From the NCBI GenBank assembly GCA_965198115.1, contig OZ240241.1, positions 352,001 through 416,000 on the forward strand: a stretch of DNA of 64,000 nt. The letters run 5' to 3'. A model generated the notes under the pieces. It searched no databases. It was not told where the DNA came from and saw nothing but the letters and a program-made list of their open reading frames with translations. Positions 44,212 to 55,050 of the stretch are shown here, piece after piece. Position 1 is the first letter of the stretch. The number at the start of each line of letters is the position of its first letter. Origin of the DNA: Candidatus Latescibacterota bacterium. Its GTDB lineage: Bacteria > Latescibacterota > UBA2968. The translations under genes were made by a program, and so were the position numbers.

Positions 44212-45631
44212 GGCTCTATCCGGGTTTCTCAACGGTGAAACTATAGAATGACAAGGTCATAGATCGTTCCCTACGCTTGGTTGTGTGTGTAGGACAATCA
44301 AAGCGAAGGGGGTGCGACCTATGACCGGGAGCAGATTACTATCGAAACTGCTGAGATTCAAGGGGTTCCGTGTTGTCAGCTGGTGGTTTGAGGGGAGAAG
44401 CTGTTTCGTCATCGCCGTAAAGCCACATAAGAATGGTTGTTGTTGTCCGGAGTGCGGCCGTCGAGGTAAAATCGTCCGCACAATGCCCCATCCGCGTCGG
44501 TGGCGTGACATTCCGGTGTGCGGGTGGAGGGTCTGGCTTCTCTACCATCCTCGGGAGATTCGGTGTCCTACCCACGGTCGTGTGGTCGAGGAGATTCCGT
44601 GGGCGGAGCGGTTCTCTCGGGTGACGTATCGCTTCGAGTATGCCATGCTGCGCTACTGCCAGACCATGACGCAGAAGGCGGCGTCCGAGTTACTGCGCAT
44701 CTCTGCCTCGACGCTGTCGGATCTCCTTCACCGATCCATCACGCGGCTTCGTGAAGGTCATCGTATCCGAGGGCTCAAAACCATCGGGATCGACGAGATC
44801 TCCTACGCCAAGCGTCACAGGTACGCCACGCTCGTTTACGATCTGGACCGCTCCTGCGTGGTGTGGGTTGGCCGCGGCAGGGCGCGTAAAACGATCGATC
44901 GGTTCTTCACAGAGGCTCTCAGTCCCTACCAGAGATCCAAGATCGAGTGGGCCTGCTGCGACATGAGCGAAGCTTACATCGGAGCCATCCAGGAACACTG
45001 TCCGAATGCCAAGCTGGTCCTCGATCGCTTTCACATCGTCAAGGCTCTCAATGCCGCCGTTGACGAGGTCCGTAAGGACCAGTGGCGTAAAGCTGCCCCG
45101 GATGAGCGCAAAGCCATGAAGGGCCTCCGATGGCTCCTCTACCGGCACTCAGCGACACGCTCCAGAGGGGATACTCGGACACTCAAAGCACTGGAGAAGG
45201 CGAACTACCGAATCTATAGAGCCTGGAGACTCAAGGACGAGTTCGAGCAGTTCTGGGAATACAAAGCGCCCTGGGCTGCCGAACGCTTCCTGAAATGCTG
45301 GACGACGTCCGCACTCAGAAGTCGACTTGAACCCCTGCGAAAGTTCGTCAGGACCCTGCGACAGCACTTCTTCGGCGTCCTCGCATTCGTGAACACGCGT
45401 CTTACCAACGCCATCGCCGAAGGCCTCAACCGAATCGTCCAAATCGTCAAGAACCGAGCCAGCGGATTCCGCACACTCGACGCATTCAACGATATGATCT
45501 TCCTTACCGTCGGAGACATAAACATCCCTGAGCAGATTCCGAAGAGGTTCCGCACACTCTAACCGCGCCCCCATGCCAGGAACCACGGCACCTTCACCCA
45601 CTTCATCTCGTTGAGAGATCCGGATATAGCC
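44212..45631 (+). mobile_element. ISL3-family element copy 3
   Basis: 1420 bp, intact transposase; flanks TAAAAAGC / AAAAAAGC. Confidence 0.95.
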
Positions 45632-45676
45632 AAAAAAGCTGATACCAGACTACATACTCAATCACTGGAGGATACG

Positions 45677-46021
45677 ATGCCAACACTCTACGTCAGGAAA
45701 TTCGATCTGAAACCGTCACTGAGCGAGAGCGAAGTTCTCGATTTCTGGAAGCTCGGCATGAACGAGATGATGCCCGCGATGCGTCAGATTGAAGGCGTTA
45801 ATTCCGTGAAGGTCTATTCAGGTGCTGGTGGTTTGGTCGGGGACCTTCGGGTCATGGCCGAACTGGACAATGCAGGTGTATACGAGCAGATATTGGTGGA
45901 TCCCAAGACGAGCAAGCTAAACGCCAGGGCCTACACGAACATTGACATGAGGACTTCGTCTCAGCTCTGGATGCGAGAGATTACGCCTGAGCTCGTGGAC
46001 GCGATGGGTACTACAGAGTAG
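45677..46021 (+). CDS. small hypothetical protein, possible dimeric alpha+beta barrel
   Basis: SD GGAGGA, 114-aa ORF with an alternating beta/alpha pattern. Confidence 0.7.
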   Translation: MPTLYVRKFDLKPSLSESEVLDFWKLGMNEMMPAMRQIEGVNSVKVYSGAGGLVGDLRVMAELDNAGVYEQILVDPKTSKLNARAYTNIDMRTSSQLWMREITPELVDAMGTTE

Positions 46022-46054
46022 GAGAGAGTTTTTTTAAGCTGGGAGGATCCCAAG

Positions 46055-46152
46055 ATGTCGAACCTGACCGATGAGGATGTGAACGCGATTCACCAGCTCG
46101 TCGATGAGTGGTCGGCGGCTGGTGAGGTTTCAGATTGGGACAAGACGCTTAG
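46055..46152 (+). pseudogene. 5' stub of a probable NTF2/DUF4440-like gene cut by IS1380
   Basis: SD GGAGG then MSNLTDEDVNAIHQLVDEWSAAGEVSDWDKTL. Confidence 0.5.
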
Positions 46153-47683
46153 CCTGAATTATGCCTAAAAAAGGTAGTCTCCTTGTACAAGTGTTTGTTT
46201 TTACCTACATTAGGGCTGACACATCAAAACAACCACTTGGAAGGAACTACCGTGATAGAACCTAGTCAGATCCGGTTACCATTCGCAAGCATTTCGGGCA
46301 AGGTAGTTGAGGCTGATTTTGCCGGTGGCGCCGTCAGGAGTGACGGTGGAGTTCTGTTGCTTCGCGCCCTTGAGTCTCAGATGGGATTGATCGCCAGAAT
46401 GGTAGATGCTTTGCGAGATCGTCGTCACCCAAGCTATATCGATCACACGCTTTTGGATCTTGTGAAGCAGCGTGTTTTTCAGATCGCTTGCGGCTATGAA
46501 GATGCCGTCGATTGTGATGATTTGCGACGCTCGGATTTGTATCGGCTCGCACGGGCTTTTGTAGACGGGTTCATCGCATCGTATGACCAGGCACCCCCAA
46601 GCATCATTCTCGATATCGACGACACGGATGACCCAACGCACGGTGCGCAACAATTTTCACTCTTCAACGCGTATTACAATGAACACTGCTATATGCCGCT
46701 ACATATCTATGAAGGCCAAAGCGGCAAGCTCATTACGACGATCTTGAGACCCGGGCATCCGACGAACGGTAAACAGGTCGTTTCTATTCTCAAGCGCTTG
46801 GTGGAACACCTACGCGGATCTTGGCCAAACGTGGAGATCATCGTTCGCGCAGACTCAAAGTTCAGCTCACCAGAGATGCACGATTTCTGCGAAGACAACG
46901 GTATCTACTACGTTCTGGGCCAGGGCGCCAACTCCAAGCTCAAAGCGGCTGGACAAAACCTGATGGACCAAGCGCTACGTCTGAGCGAGCATAAGGAGAC
47001 GATTCGCTTGTTCTCATCCTTCTCATATCAGGCTGGCACCTACCGGCAGCCTCGCCGGATCATTCACAAGGCTGAAGTCACAAACGGCGAAGCAAATCCA
47101 AGATACCGCGTGACCAATTTACAGAGTAATCGAGACGGCTTTATCTATGATCGTATCTACTGCGCAAGGGGACGCACGGAAGGCTTCATCAAGGACCACA
47201 AAACATTCCTTCACTCCGATCGAACATCGTGCCACAAGTTTGAAGCCAACCAGTTCCGACTCTTTCTACACAGTGCTGCATACGCCTTGCTTCACGCACT
47301 CCGATCACAGGGACTCAAGGGCACCGCGTGGACCAAACCTCAGGTCAACACGATACAGAACCGTTTCCTCAAAATCGGCGCGAGAGTCATTGAAAGCGCA
47401 CGAAGAATCCGATTCCATTTTCCAACATCGTATCCACTCAAAAACGTCTTGGTGTCAATCATCACCAGGCTCGAAACGAACACGCAGTAACAACGCCGAT
47501 CTATACCGGGGACAGCTATGTACACGTCGCAAAACAACACCTGTTCCGGACGAAAATCGTGACTCTTGCGACTCGTAGAGACCGCTTACGGGACCTTGGA
47601 CATCCGAAGAAGCCGAGAACAAATCCTGTGCGTGATCACATCACTCCAAAACAACCTAAACTCAAATTCATGCATGATTCAGG
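46153..47683 (+). mobile_element. IS1380-family element copy 1 (transposase 46252-47490, 99-bp internal deletion)
   Basis: CCTGAATTATGC/GCATGATTCAGG IRs; SDGG.LLL, LDIDDTDDPTHG.Q, RADS, Y..RG..E..IK, F.ANQFRL. Confidence 0.93.
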
Positions 47684-47887
47684 CTAGAGAATCTGTGCCT
47701 AATTGGTTCTAGGCTGGCGCGGACACTTCCCATAGACCGCGGCCACCATCGCCTCCGATGCGGCGCATCCTGCGGCGAAGACCCGACCTAGTGATCGAGT
47801 TTCTCGGTCAGTTGCTTAATCTTGAACGTGAACTTTCGGAGATCCGGGCCCAACTCATAACCCACAGAGCATCGCACCCATCTGTTG

Positions 47888-49039
47888 CTACGACTGACCC
47901 AGTGTCCACCTCGTCGCAGCCACGTGGGTCACGCTGTCGCCGAGGGTGAAGTAGTAGACCGTGAACAGCGAGCCATCCGAAAGCTCGACAGTCCGCGGGT
48001 ATCCCAGATCGGAGGACGCGCCTTTTCCCGCGACAGTTCCGTCGGTAGTCAGACCGTCATCGCGCAGCACAATCTCGTTGTCGATATCCCACGTCTCGCA
48101 TCCATCGTGAGACAGACAGGCGCGCACGCCGTAAGGGGCGCGCCGGTGACCGTAGCTGCACAGCACATCTCCGTTGCTGAGTAGCAGCAGCTGGGGTGGA
48201 TACCCCCACATGCCGGTCTTCTTCACCTCGCTCCAGGTCTTACCCCCATCGTCCGAGTGCGTCTGCCAAAGGAACTTCTCTTCCACCGGGACCGACTTGC
48301 TGGCGCTGGCTATTCGGACCAGCGCCACGATGCGTCCGCTAGGGAGATACAAAAGAGAGCTTTCGTTAAACGGATGCACATCCCCGTCGTAGGCCATCGT
48401 GACCATGTCCCAGGTCTCGCCCGCATCCTCCGACCGAAGCACCCACGCTCGAAATGGATCGCCGGCAGCCGCGCTGCCGTAAGCCTGGTGGACGATCGTA
48501 TCGTCGGGTAGCACACAGCTCTTCAGGTCCGTCCCGCTTCGAATCAGCGCGAAAAAAGGCAGCTCTTCGCCACTACCCAGAGTGCGAGACTCCCAGTATT
48601 CTTCACCTGCTCTTTTTCGATGCATTTCCAAGCTGTGTTCAACGCTGATCTGGTCAGGGTACTCACCCACAGCGAATCCGCGGTTGGCGAACGCTTCCTT
48701 CTGCTCGAGCGGATAGGTGTTGACCGGCTTTGAGATCCTGATCTGTGTGCCATCGCTTAACACACCGCTCCTCAGCGTTTCGGGACACGAGCAGTACGCT
48801 TCGTCTTTCCCTTCCTCGAACCAGCTATCACCCTCGTCTGGTGAATAGAGTTCCACGTGACCCGTCGCCCCTCCCGCTAGACCGCCTGCGTGAGAGTGCG
48901 CAGCCCCTTCAATGCCCCGCGCCAGTGGGGTATGTGAATTCCAACTGAATTCGATCCAGAGTTCATCGCTTTCTCCCTTCGCGACTGAGGGAAAGCTGGA
49001 ATAGCGAGTTTCGTCCCAATAGAGCACTGAATGTTTCAT
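47888..49039 (-). CDS. exo-alpha-sialidase/BNR (Asp-box) beta-propeller protein
   Basis: Asp-boxes SPDEGDSW, SEDAGETW, SDDGGKTW, SHDGCETW; GYPPQL, YGHRRAPYG, DLGYP. Confidence 0.85.
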   Translation of the reverse strand: MKHSVLYWDETRYSSFPSVAKGESDELWIEFSWNSHTPLARGIEGAAHSHAGGLAGGATGHVELYSPDEGDSWFEEGKDEAYCSCPETLRSGVLSDGTQIRISKPVNTYPLEQKEAFANRGFAVGEYPDQISVEHSLEMHRKRAGEEYWESRTLGSGEELPFFALIRSGTDLKSCVLPDDTIVHQAYGSAAAGDPFRAWVLRSEDAGETWDMVTMAYDGDVHPFNESSLLYLPSGRIVALVRIASASKSVPVEEKFLWQTHSDDGGKTWSEVKKTGMWGYPPQLLLLSNGDVLCSYGHRRAPYGVRACLSHDGCETWDIDNEIVLRDDGLTTDGTVAGKGASSDLGYPRTVELSDGSLFTVYYFTLGDSVTHVAATRWTLGQS

Positions 49040-49214
49040 GCTTATCTCCAGCTGTTTATCATAGATTCAGATCGCTCGTTCGAAATCGTTCGGAAAAGGT
49101 TCTTCAGGATTACAGTGGACCCACCAGAGACAAGACGCCTCAGACTATTGAGAAGCCTATCGCCCACACGTTAGCGGCCCAGGTAGAGGCGGCAGCGAAC
49201 AATATCGTTGTTTC

Positions 49215-49390
49215 ACCTCCAGGGGTGATAGGGCGGGGTGGGGAGGCACTTGGGGGTTGTCACAGGTGTCGTCACCGAGCAGGATCGTACTGGAGCCTGC
49301 CCTGAGCGGAGTCGAAGGGGCCTGGGCCCACAAGCCCCCGCGGCGCCTGAGCGGGACTTTTCTGGTTCTCTTTTGGTCACAAAAGAGAAC
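49215..49390. repeat. non-coding composite repeat element with a REP-like unit
   Basis: GCCTGCCCTGAGCGGAGTCGAAGGG (49295-319) and terminal hairpin GTTCTCTTTTG-GTCA-CAAAAGAGAAC; left boundary approximate. Confidence 0.5.
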
Positions 49391-49507
49391 ACACAAATAA
49401 GATCGCGAAAAAGGAAGCGCGTTAGCCATCCACAATTCTGCGTGAGAAACCGTGATGGAGAAGCTTCAGGTACGAGAAACGCACGTGAGTGCCAACGGAG
49501 ACGTCCC

Positions 49508-51046
49508 ATGCAACCGATTGACGTAGGATCGAGCAAGCAACTTTTCGTCGACGACAGGTTCATCGCCTCCAGCAGGGATGTGGACCTCGTGATGAATCCC
49601 CCCTACCAATTCCCGGACCCGGTCCTGATCCCCGAGGCCCCGTGGGAGGATCCGCCTACGATGAGCTTCGGGATCTACAACAGCGTGCTGCAGGAGGAGG
49701 ACGGGCGGATCCGCATCTGGTACTCCATTCGATCCGAAGGCGAGCCAGGTGAAGGCCTCGAAAAAGACTACGTCGCGTATGCCGAGTCGACCGACGGCAT
49801 CCACTTCGAGAAACCCGAACTTGGCCTCGTCGAACACGGCGGCTCAACGGCCAACAACATAACCATACCTGGGAAGCCCGGCGGCAGCTCGATCTGGATC
49901 GACCCGAACGCCCCGCCTCAAGAGCGGTACAAGAACCAGTGTAAAGTCTACAATCCCGACGTGGCCATGCAGTTACACATGCACGGCTCGCCGGACGGCA
50001 TCAACTGGACGTTTCTCCGCCGGATTCAACTCAAGTGGCGCGGGGGCTGGGACACCCAGAGCATCGTCTTCTGGGACCCCGCCATCGGTCGCTACGTCCT
50101 CTACACCCGTCACTGGTACGCCAAACGGCATACCACGGCCGAGGGAAACGAGAACTATCGAACGGTTAGAAGACTCGAGTCGGACGACCTGGCCAACTGG
50201 GACAACCAACGTATCGTCATGTGGCCGGACGACGTCGATCGCGCGACGTATGACGTCGACCCGCCGCTCGATCCGCAAGGCCCCGAGAAACCCTACGGTA
50301 AAGTGCCCGTCGACTACTACGGCGCCCCGGTCTTCAAGTACCCCGACGAACACGGTATCTACGTCATGCTGGCCGGCGCCAACTGGGATTTCTATCCCCG
50401 CGACCGCGTCGTGACGCGAGTCCGCGACGACCTGGAGGTCGCCCGCGAAGAAACGGAGGAGGTCTACGGCCCCAGCCGCTTCGACAGCCGCTTGTCCGTG
50501 AGTCGAGACGGCATCCACTTCCATCGCTGTGGTGGACGCCGGCCGTTCCTGAGCCCCGGGCCCGAGGGCAGCTTTTCGTCTCGCATGGTTTGGACCATGC
50601 TGCACCCCGTTCGGATGGGAGACGAGCTGTGGTTCTACTTCAGCGGAACCAGCCGGGACCACAGCGGTACGCTCGATCCGGCGGCCAATGGCCGGTCGGG
50701 GATCGGGCGCGCCGTCATGCGCCTGGATGGATTCGTATCGGCCGATGCCGGCTACGGGGGCGGCGAGCTCGTCACGCCCATCATCCGTTTCGAGGGGAAT
50801 CGCCTCGAGCTGAACCTCGACACGGGCGGCGGGGGTTCGGTGAGAGTGGAAATCCAGGATGCATACGGCACGCCAATCGGCTCCTACACCGAACAGGATG
50901 CGACCTTCATATGCGGCAACTCGGTCCGCATGCCGGTCTCCTGGGGCGAGAATCAGGACATCAGCGAGCTGGCGGGAAAACCCATACGACTACGCTTTGT
51001 CATGCGCGACTGCAAGCTCTACGCGTTTCAATTCACCGGTGCTTAG
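49508..51046 (+). CDS. hypothetical protein, five-bladed beta-propeller glycoside hydrolase-like (GH32/43/130 clan)
   Basis: KQLFVDD, YAES.DGIHF.KP.LG, S.DGINW, DTQ..VFWD, SRDGIHF, RLDGFVS. Confidence 0.75.
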   Translation: MQPIDVGSSKQLFVDDRFIASSRDVDLVMNPPYQFPDPVLIPEAPWEDPPTMSFGIYNSVLQEEDGRIRIWYSIRSEGEPGEGLEKDYVAYAESTDGIHFEKPELGLVEHGGSTANNITIPGKPGGSSIWIDPNAPPQERYKNQCKVYNPDVAMQLHMHGSPDGINWTFLRRIQLKWRGGWDTQSIVFWDPAIGRYVLYTRHWYAKRHTTAEGNENYRTVRRLESDDLANWDNQRIVMWPDDVDRATYDVDPPLDPQGPEKPYGKVPVDYYGAPVFKYPDEHGIYVMLAGANWDFYPRDRVVTRVRDDLEVAREETEEVYGPSRFDSRLSVSRDGIHFHRCGGRRPFLSPGPEGSFSSRMVWTMLHPVRMGDELWFYFSGTSRDHSGTLDPAANGRSGIGRAVMRLDGFVSADAGYGGGELVTPIIRFEGNRLELNLDTGGGGSVRVEIQDAYGTPIGSYTEQDATFICGNSVRMPVSWGENQDISELAGKPIRLRFVMRDCKLYAFQFTGA

Positions 51047-51103
51047 CAACGGAGTGCCCCTTTGCGACAGCGTACATAGCGGGTACATCGGAGGAATCTA
51101 CAC

Positions 51104-51904
51104 GTGAAAAGACGCTTCACGAGAACCGGACTCGGAATCGTTGGCATCTATGTCCTGATCTGCGTGAGCGTATACTTCGTACAGGAGAAACTCATCTTCA
51201 GACCGGCCGCGCTGCCTGAGGATCACGTTTTCAAATTCGAAGGAGACTGGGAGGAGATTTGGCTCGATGCCGCCGATTCCGCAAGGGTGAACGGCGTCCT
51301 TTTCCGACAGCGGAGCCCTGGAGGTGTGGTCTATTTTCTTCACGGCAACGCTTACAACATCGAGAGGGTCACGTCGTTCTGGAAAGCAACGCGAAGCAAT
51401 GGCTACGACATGCTGGCCATCGATTACCGAACCTATGGTAAGAGCACGGGCCCACTATCTATGGAAGGCATCTACAAAGATGCCGAAGCCGGCTGGCAAT
51501 ACCTGAGCGAACAATATGGATCAGACAAGATTGTGCTCTACGGCGCTTCGCTTGGCACCGGCATCGCCACACATATCGCCAGGAGCCATCCTCCCAGGAA
51601 GTTGATTCTCCAGGCGCCCTATACCAGCATTGAGGACATCGCCCGGGAGCGATACCCCTGGCTGCCGGTCCGTCTATTGCTCGAATATCCTTTCCCCAGT
51701 GTCGACAACTTGAAGGGTCTTCCCAGCGAGGTGCTCATTCTCCACGGCACAGAGGACAGAATCATCCCGTATGCACACGGAAAAGCAATGGCCGAAGCTG
51801 CCCATTCGGCATCGCTCATCACACTCGTTGGTGCCGGTCACAACAACCTCCTCGGAAGACCTGGATTCCACCAGGCATTCGATGCCTTCCTGAACAGCCC
51901 CTGA
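51104..51904 (+). CDS. alpha/beta hydrolase (ABHD13/17-like) with N-terminal anchor
   Basis: HGNA, DYRTYGKS.G, GASLG nucleophile, HGTEDRII, GAGHNN. Confidence 0.9.
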   Translation: MKRRFTRTGLGIVGIYVLICVSVYFVQEKLIFRPAALPEDHVFKFEGDWEEIWLDAADSARVNGVLFRQRSPGGVVYFLHGNAYNIERVTSFWKATRSNGYDMLAIDYRTYGKSTGPLSMEGIYKDAEAGWQYLSEQYGSDKIVLYGASLGTGIATHIARSHPPRKLILQAPYTSIEDIARERYPWLPVRLLLEYPFPSVDNLKGLPSEVLILHGTEDRIIPYAHGKAMAEAAHSASLITLVGAGHNNLLGRPGFHQAFDAFLNSP

Positions 51905-52064
51905 AGCCGGTAGCCTCCAGCACAGACACGCATCCGCTTCGGATATCAGCACGGACAATCACGAGGAGCGAAACAGATGCAGCACCTGGACGAAGCGGCA
52001 GTCATCAACAGCAGGCACTGGGAAGAAATGGTCAAGCAGGGGAGTCCAAACGTCCGATACTCCG

Positions 52065-52431
52065 CTATTTCTTCACCCACTGCTGGAACCAGATCTCGTA
52101 CTCATCAGGACCCATCAACAGGAAGGTTCTAGCTCCGTAGTCCTGGTCCTGGATCTCGGACACCTCGTATCCTTTGGCCCCGAGTTTCGCGTGAAGGTCA
52201 TCGACGTCCCGCAGTTCAAAGTAAAGACGCATCCGCTTCGGATCCCCCGACTCTTCATCAGGCAGCATGTGATGAAGATACAGCGTCCAATCTCCGTGTT
52301 TGAGCACTGCGAAATCGAGCTCCCCTCGTCCTCGAACTTGAAGCCCACCGTGAATCCAAGGGCCCCCGTGAAGAATTCGACAGCCTTTCGACGTCGGATA
52401 CGTGGAGTTCTGGAAACATCTTTGTGAACAT
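52065..52431 (-). pseudogene. VOC/glyoxalase family protein, two 1-nt deletions
   Basis: PELHVSDVE.A..FF..LGF, LYFEL.DVD.LH, YGARTF...GPD.YEIWF. Confidence 0.8.
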
Positions 52432-52519
52432 GTGCTCGGTCTCTCTGTAGGTGTTGGTGGGTTGGGGGCTTCCTTCGTGCACTGTTCCGCGGTGAATGGT
52501 GGCCTGTATGGGGCTATTC

Positions 52520-52719
52520 GGTCTTGCAGCATCGCCTGGCCGGTAGCTTACATCGCGGTCGGCGATTGGCTGCAGAACTTCGCGTATCGCGTGGACGTCG
52601 CTTGGTGGGCATTCGCGTTGGCGGGTGCGACCGCGCTGTTGATTGCATTGGGGACGGTGAGCTATCAGGCATTGCGTGCGGCAGTGGCCAATCCAATAGA
52701 CGCGCTGAGGTATGAATAG
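52520..52719 (+). pseudogene. 3' fragment of a MacB/FtsX-like ABC permease
   Basis: IAWPVAY...WLQNFAYRV..TVSYQALRAA.ANPIDALRYE* conserved C-terminus. Confidence 0.8.
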
Positions 52720-52990
52720 GACCTTAGGCTCATCCTTCGACGAGATGCGGAATACATAGGCGAAGGTGTGCACGATGGACGCGCTCATTCTTCGCGACTG
52801 ATGAACCAGAAAAGCATGCCGACGACGCTGTCGTATGCTAAAGTCTGCCCGGAGCGGATACAGTAAGCGTCTCGTGAATCTGACAGGCGAAGCGCCTGAT
52901 CGGAGGGTGGCTCTCCGACGTCTCCATAGGCCGCGTTATCACTAGGTCAAGGAGTCAGCTCGCTCCGCATTCTGCAAGACGGATCGGAGG

Positions 52991-54556
52991 TTGAAAGTGT
53001 TCACATCTACTTTGGACGTCGACGACCGGATCCGCCGGCACATCGACACCCTCGGCTTCGTTTCCCTCTCCGCCTACAAGCTATGGTACAGGCGCAACGG
53101 CTTCTCGATGTCCTTGGATAAGTCGCCCGACGATCTTCAGACGGAAATCGACCAGTTCACCGCCCCAACCGCACCCTCTGATCCCCGTATCGACAAGAAT
53201 CACTCGCCCCGACGCGCCGAATACATACGCCGCATCGCCGACGGCGAGTTTGAGGGTCAGCCCCTCAGCTCCGGGATGTCATCAATCCGGAAGCTCTTCG
53301 AGGAGGTCCGTAACGTGGACGGCGCCCACTCCGCGCTTCAGCGCCTCCTCCTGCACGTCGAAAAGTACGGCGACCTGCTTCACACAAAGACCGTCTTCAA
53401 TCGGCTCGGCAATGGCTGGCGCAACCAGCTCATCGCCGGCTTATCGCAGCTCGCGCGGTATCACGGAAAATGGATCCGCCCAGTCGAGGAGTGGTTCCCG
53501 ACCCAGCACGGCCGCCACCAGGAGCGGCAGTTCTTCGAGCTCGCCGAGCACCTGTTCATTCGCTACGAGATGCCTCGAACGCTCCATAATGCCTGGTTCG
53601 AGCTGGACGACGAAGAGCGCCACATTCAACAGGGATGGATCGTGCACATCGCGGATGGTAAAAACATTCGCGCGGCGGACAACCTGCCGTTCGCGCTCAC
53701 GAAACGCGCGGCTCACATCTTCACGAATTCGAGGGCCTTGGCGCCGCCGCTGATCGCCCTGCGCGACGCTCAAATCCACGCAATCGGGACCGTCCGTCAC
53801 TTTTCCTGGCATCTGTCGCACAACGAGTACATCTACGGGCGGGAGCACGCCGACTTTTGGACCGGGATCGTCCACTTCTTCCTGAACAACCCGATGCTCG
53901 AGCGGAGCTACCTCTGGCCGATCATCAACTATATCCATCACCAGAAATTCGTCCCTCAGCGGATCCCACAGCCAGACGGGACGGTCGTCGAGCGGCCGGC
54001 GGCGCATCCGAACTTCTGCATCAAGAGCCGCAGCATTAACCGCCTGATCCAGGAAGTGGACAACTGGCACGAAACAATCACGGGTGAGGAAAGTGAAAAG
54101 GTCCAGCAGTGGAAACCGACGGACTTCGGCTCCTTCGAGCTGGAAGAATACATCGAGGAGCTGAAAGTTAAAGTGAAGTGGACGGTCGAAGAACTGTATA
54201 CGTCCTCGCTTCTGTATCTCGAGGGACGTCGCCTCCACCACTGTGTGGGTTCCTATACGCGAAGGTGCGTGGCGGGCGAAGCCGCCATCTTCTCGATCAA
54301 GGCCCAACCGATCCTGAAAGACCCTGCCCCGGACGACGAGGAGCCGGAGAGGACCCACGTTCTGACTATCGCCATCGACCCGAAGAAGCGGCAGGTGACT
54401 CAGGCCCGCGGCAAGTTCAACCTCCAACCCGACGGGAAGGTCACCCGGACAAAGGCGCGGAAGACCAACGGGCCGTATCAGATCCTCCTTCGCGAGTCCG
54501 CGAGGATCCTGGCCCAATGGCGCGCCCGAGAAGGCATCAGCTACGGCCAGAGTTGA
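52991..54556 (+). CDS. PcfJ-like domain protein
   Basis: L..EG..LHHCVGSY...C..G...IFS and LTI.I......V.QARG..N motifs; start may be GTG at 52997. Confidence 0.82.
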   Translation: MKVFTSTLDVDDRIRRHIDTLGFVSLSAYKLWYRRNGFSMSLDKSPDDLQTEIDQFTAPTAPSDPRIDKNHSPRRAEYIRRIADGEFEGQPLSSGMSSIRKLFEEVRNVDGAHSALQRLLLHVEKYGDLLHTKTVFNRLGNGWRNQLIAGLSQLARYHGKWIRPVEEWFPTQHGRHQERQFFELAEHLFIRYEMPRTLHNAWFELDDEERHIQQGWIVHIADGKNIRAADNLPFALTKRAAHIFTNSRALAPPLIALRDAQIHAIGTVRHFSWHLSHNEYIYGREHADFWTGIVHFFLNNPMLERSYLWPIINYIHHQKFVPQRIPQPDGTVVERPAAHPNFCIKSRSINRLIQEVDNWHETITGEESEKVQQWKPTDFGSFELEEYIEELKVKVKWTVEELYTSSLLYLEGRRLHHCVGSYTRRCVAGEAAIFSIKAQPILKDPAPDDEEPERTHVLTIAIDPKKRQVTQARGKFNLQPDGKVTRTKARKTNGPYQILLRESARILAQWRAREGISYGQS

Positions 54557-55050
54557 TGACTCCGCGGTGGCTTGCGACCAGCCAACACGGACATTTTAAT
54601 AGGAAGCAACTGATCCTTTAGTCGTCGAGAAACTTATGCGTCCCGATCCTGACGGACCCTACGGCTCCAACAGGAGGTAGTACAGATACTTCTGGGATTG
54701 CCTTTCGTTCGGCTGATCAGGCTCGGAGGATCAATTGTCGAAGGACCGAAAGCTTTGAAGCCTTCTGAGCCCTCCGGAGAATGTCCTCGTTGTGACGATG
54801 GAGACCAACCGCTCTACGCAGCGCATCGTGTAGGGGCAATGACACTGAAGGTGAGTGCGTCGGCAGACGCCAAATGCGACTTCGCAGTTAATACGCTTGC
54901 CAATCTAACTGATATCGGTAAAGTCGATCGGGGCTGGGTACTAACTGTTGGTCAGAAGCCAGTGGTAGAGGTCGCAACAGGCACGTAGCACGAGTCCCCG
55001 GCTTCGGCGCAGAGGATGAAGTGAGGTTTTGACAGTCAGGGGCGGATCGC

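Noticed and set aside
47684-47887. additional IS remnant after IS1380 copy 1 (CTAG-AGAATCTGTGCCTAATT)
   Set aside because: No partner IR or transposase motif could be identified
51977-52060. methyltransferase N-terminal stub (MQHLDEAAVINSRHWEEMVKQG)
   Set aside because: Good RBS but too short to assign, and it runs into the convergent VOC gene
54698-54988. 96-aa ORF with CPRC
   Set aside because: TTG start, no clear RBS or recognisable family; insufficient support
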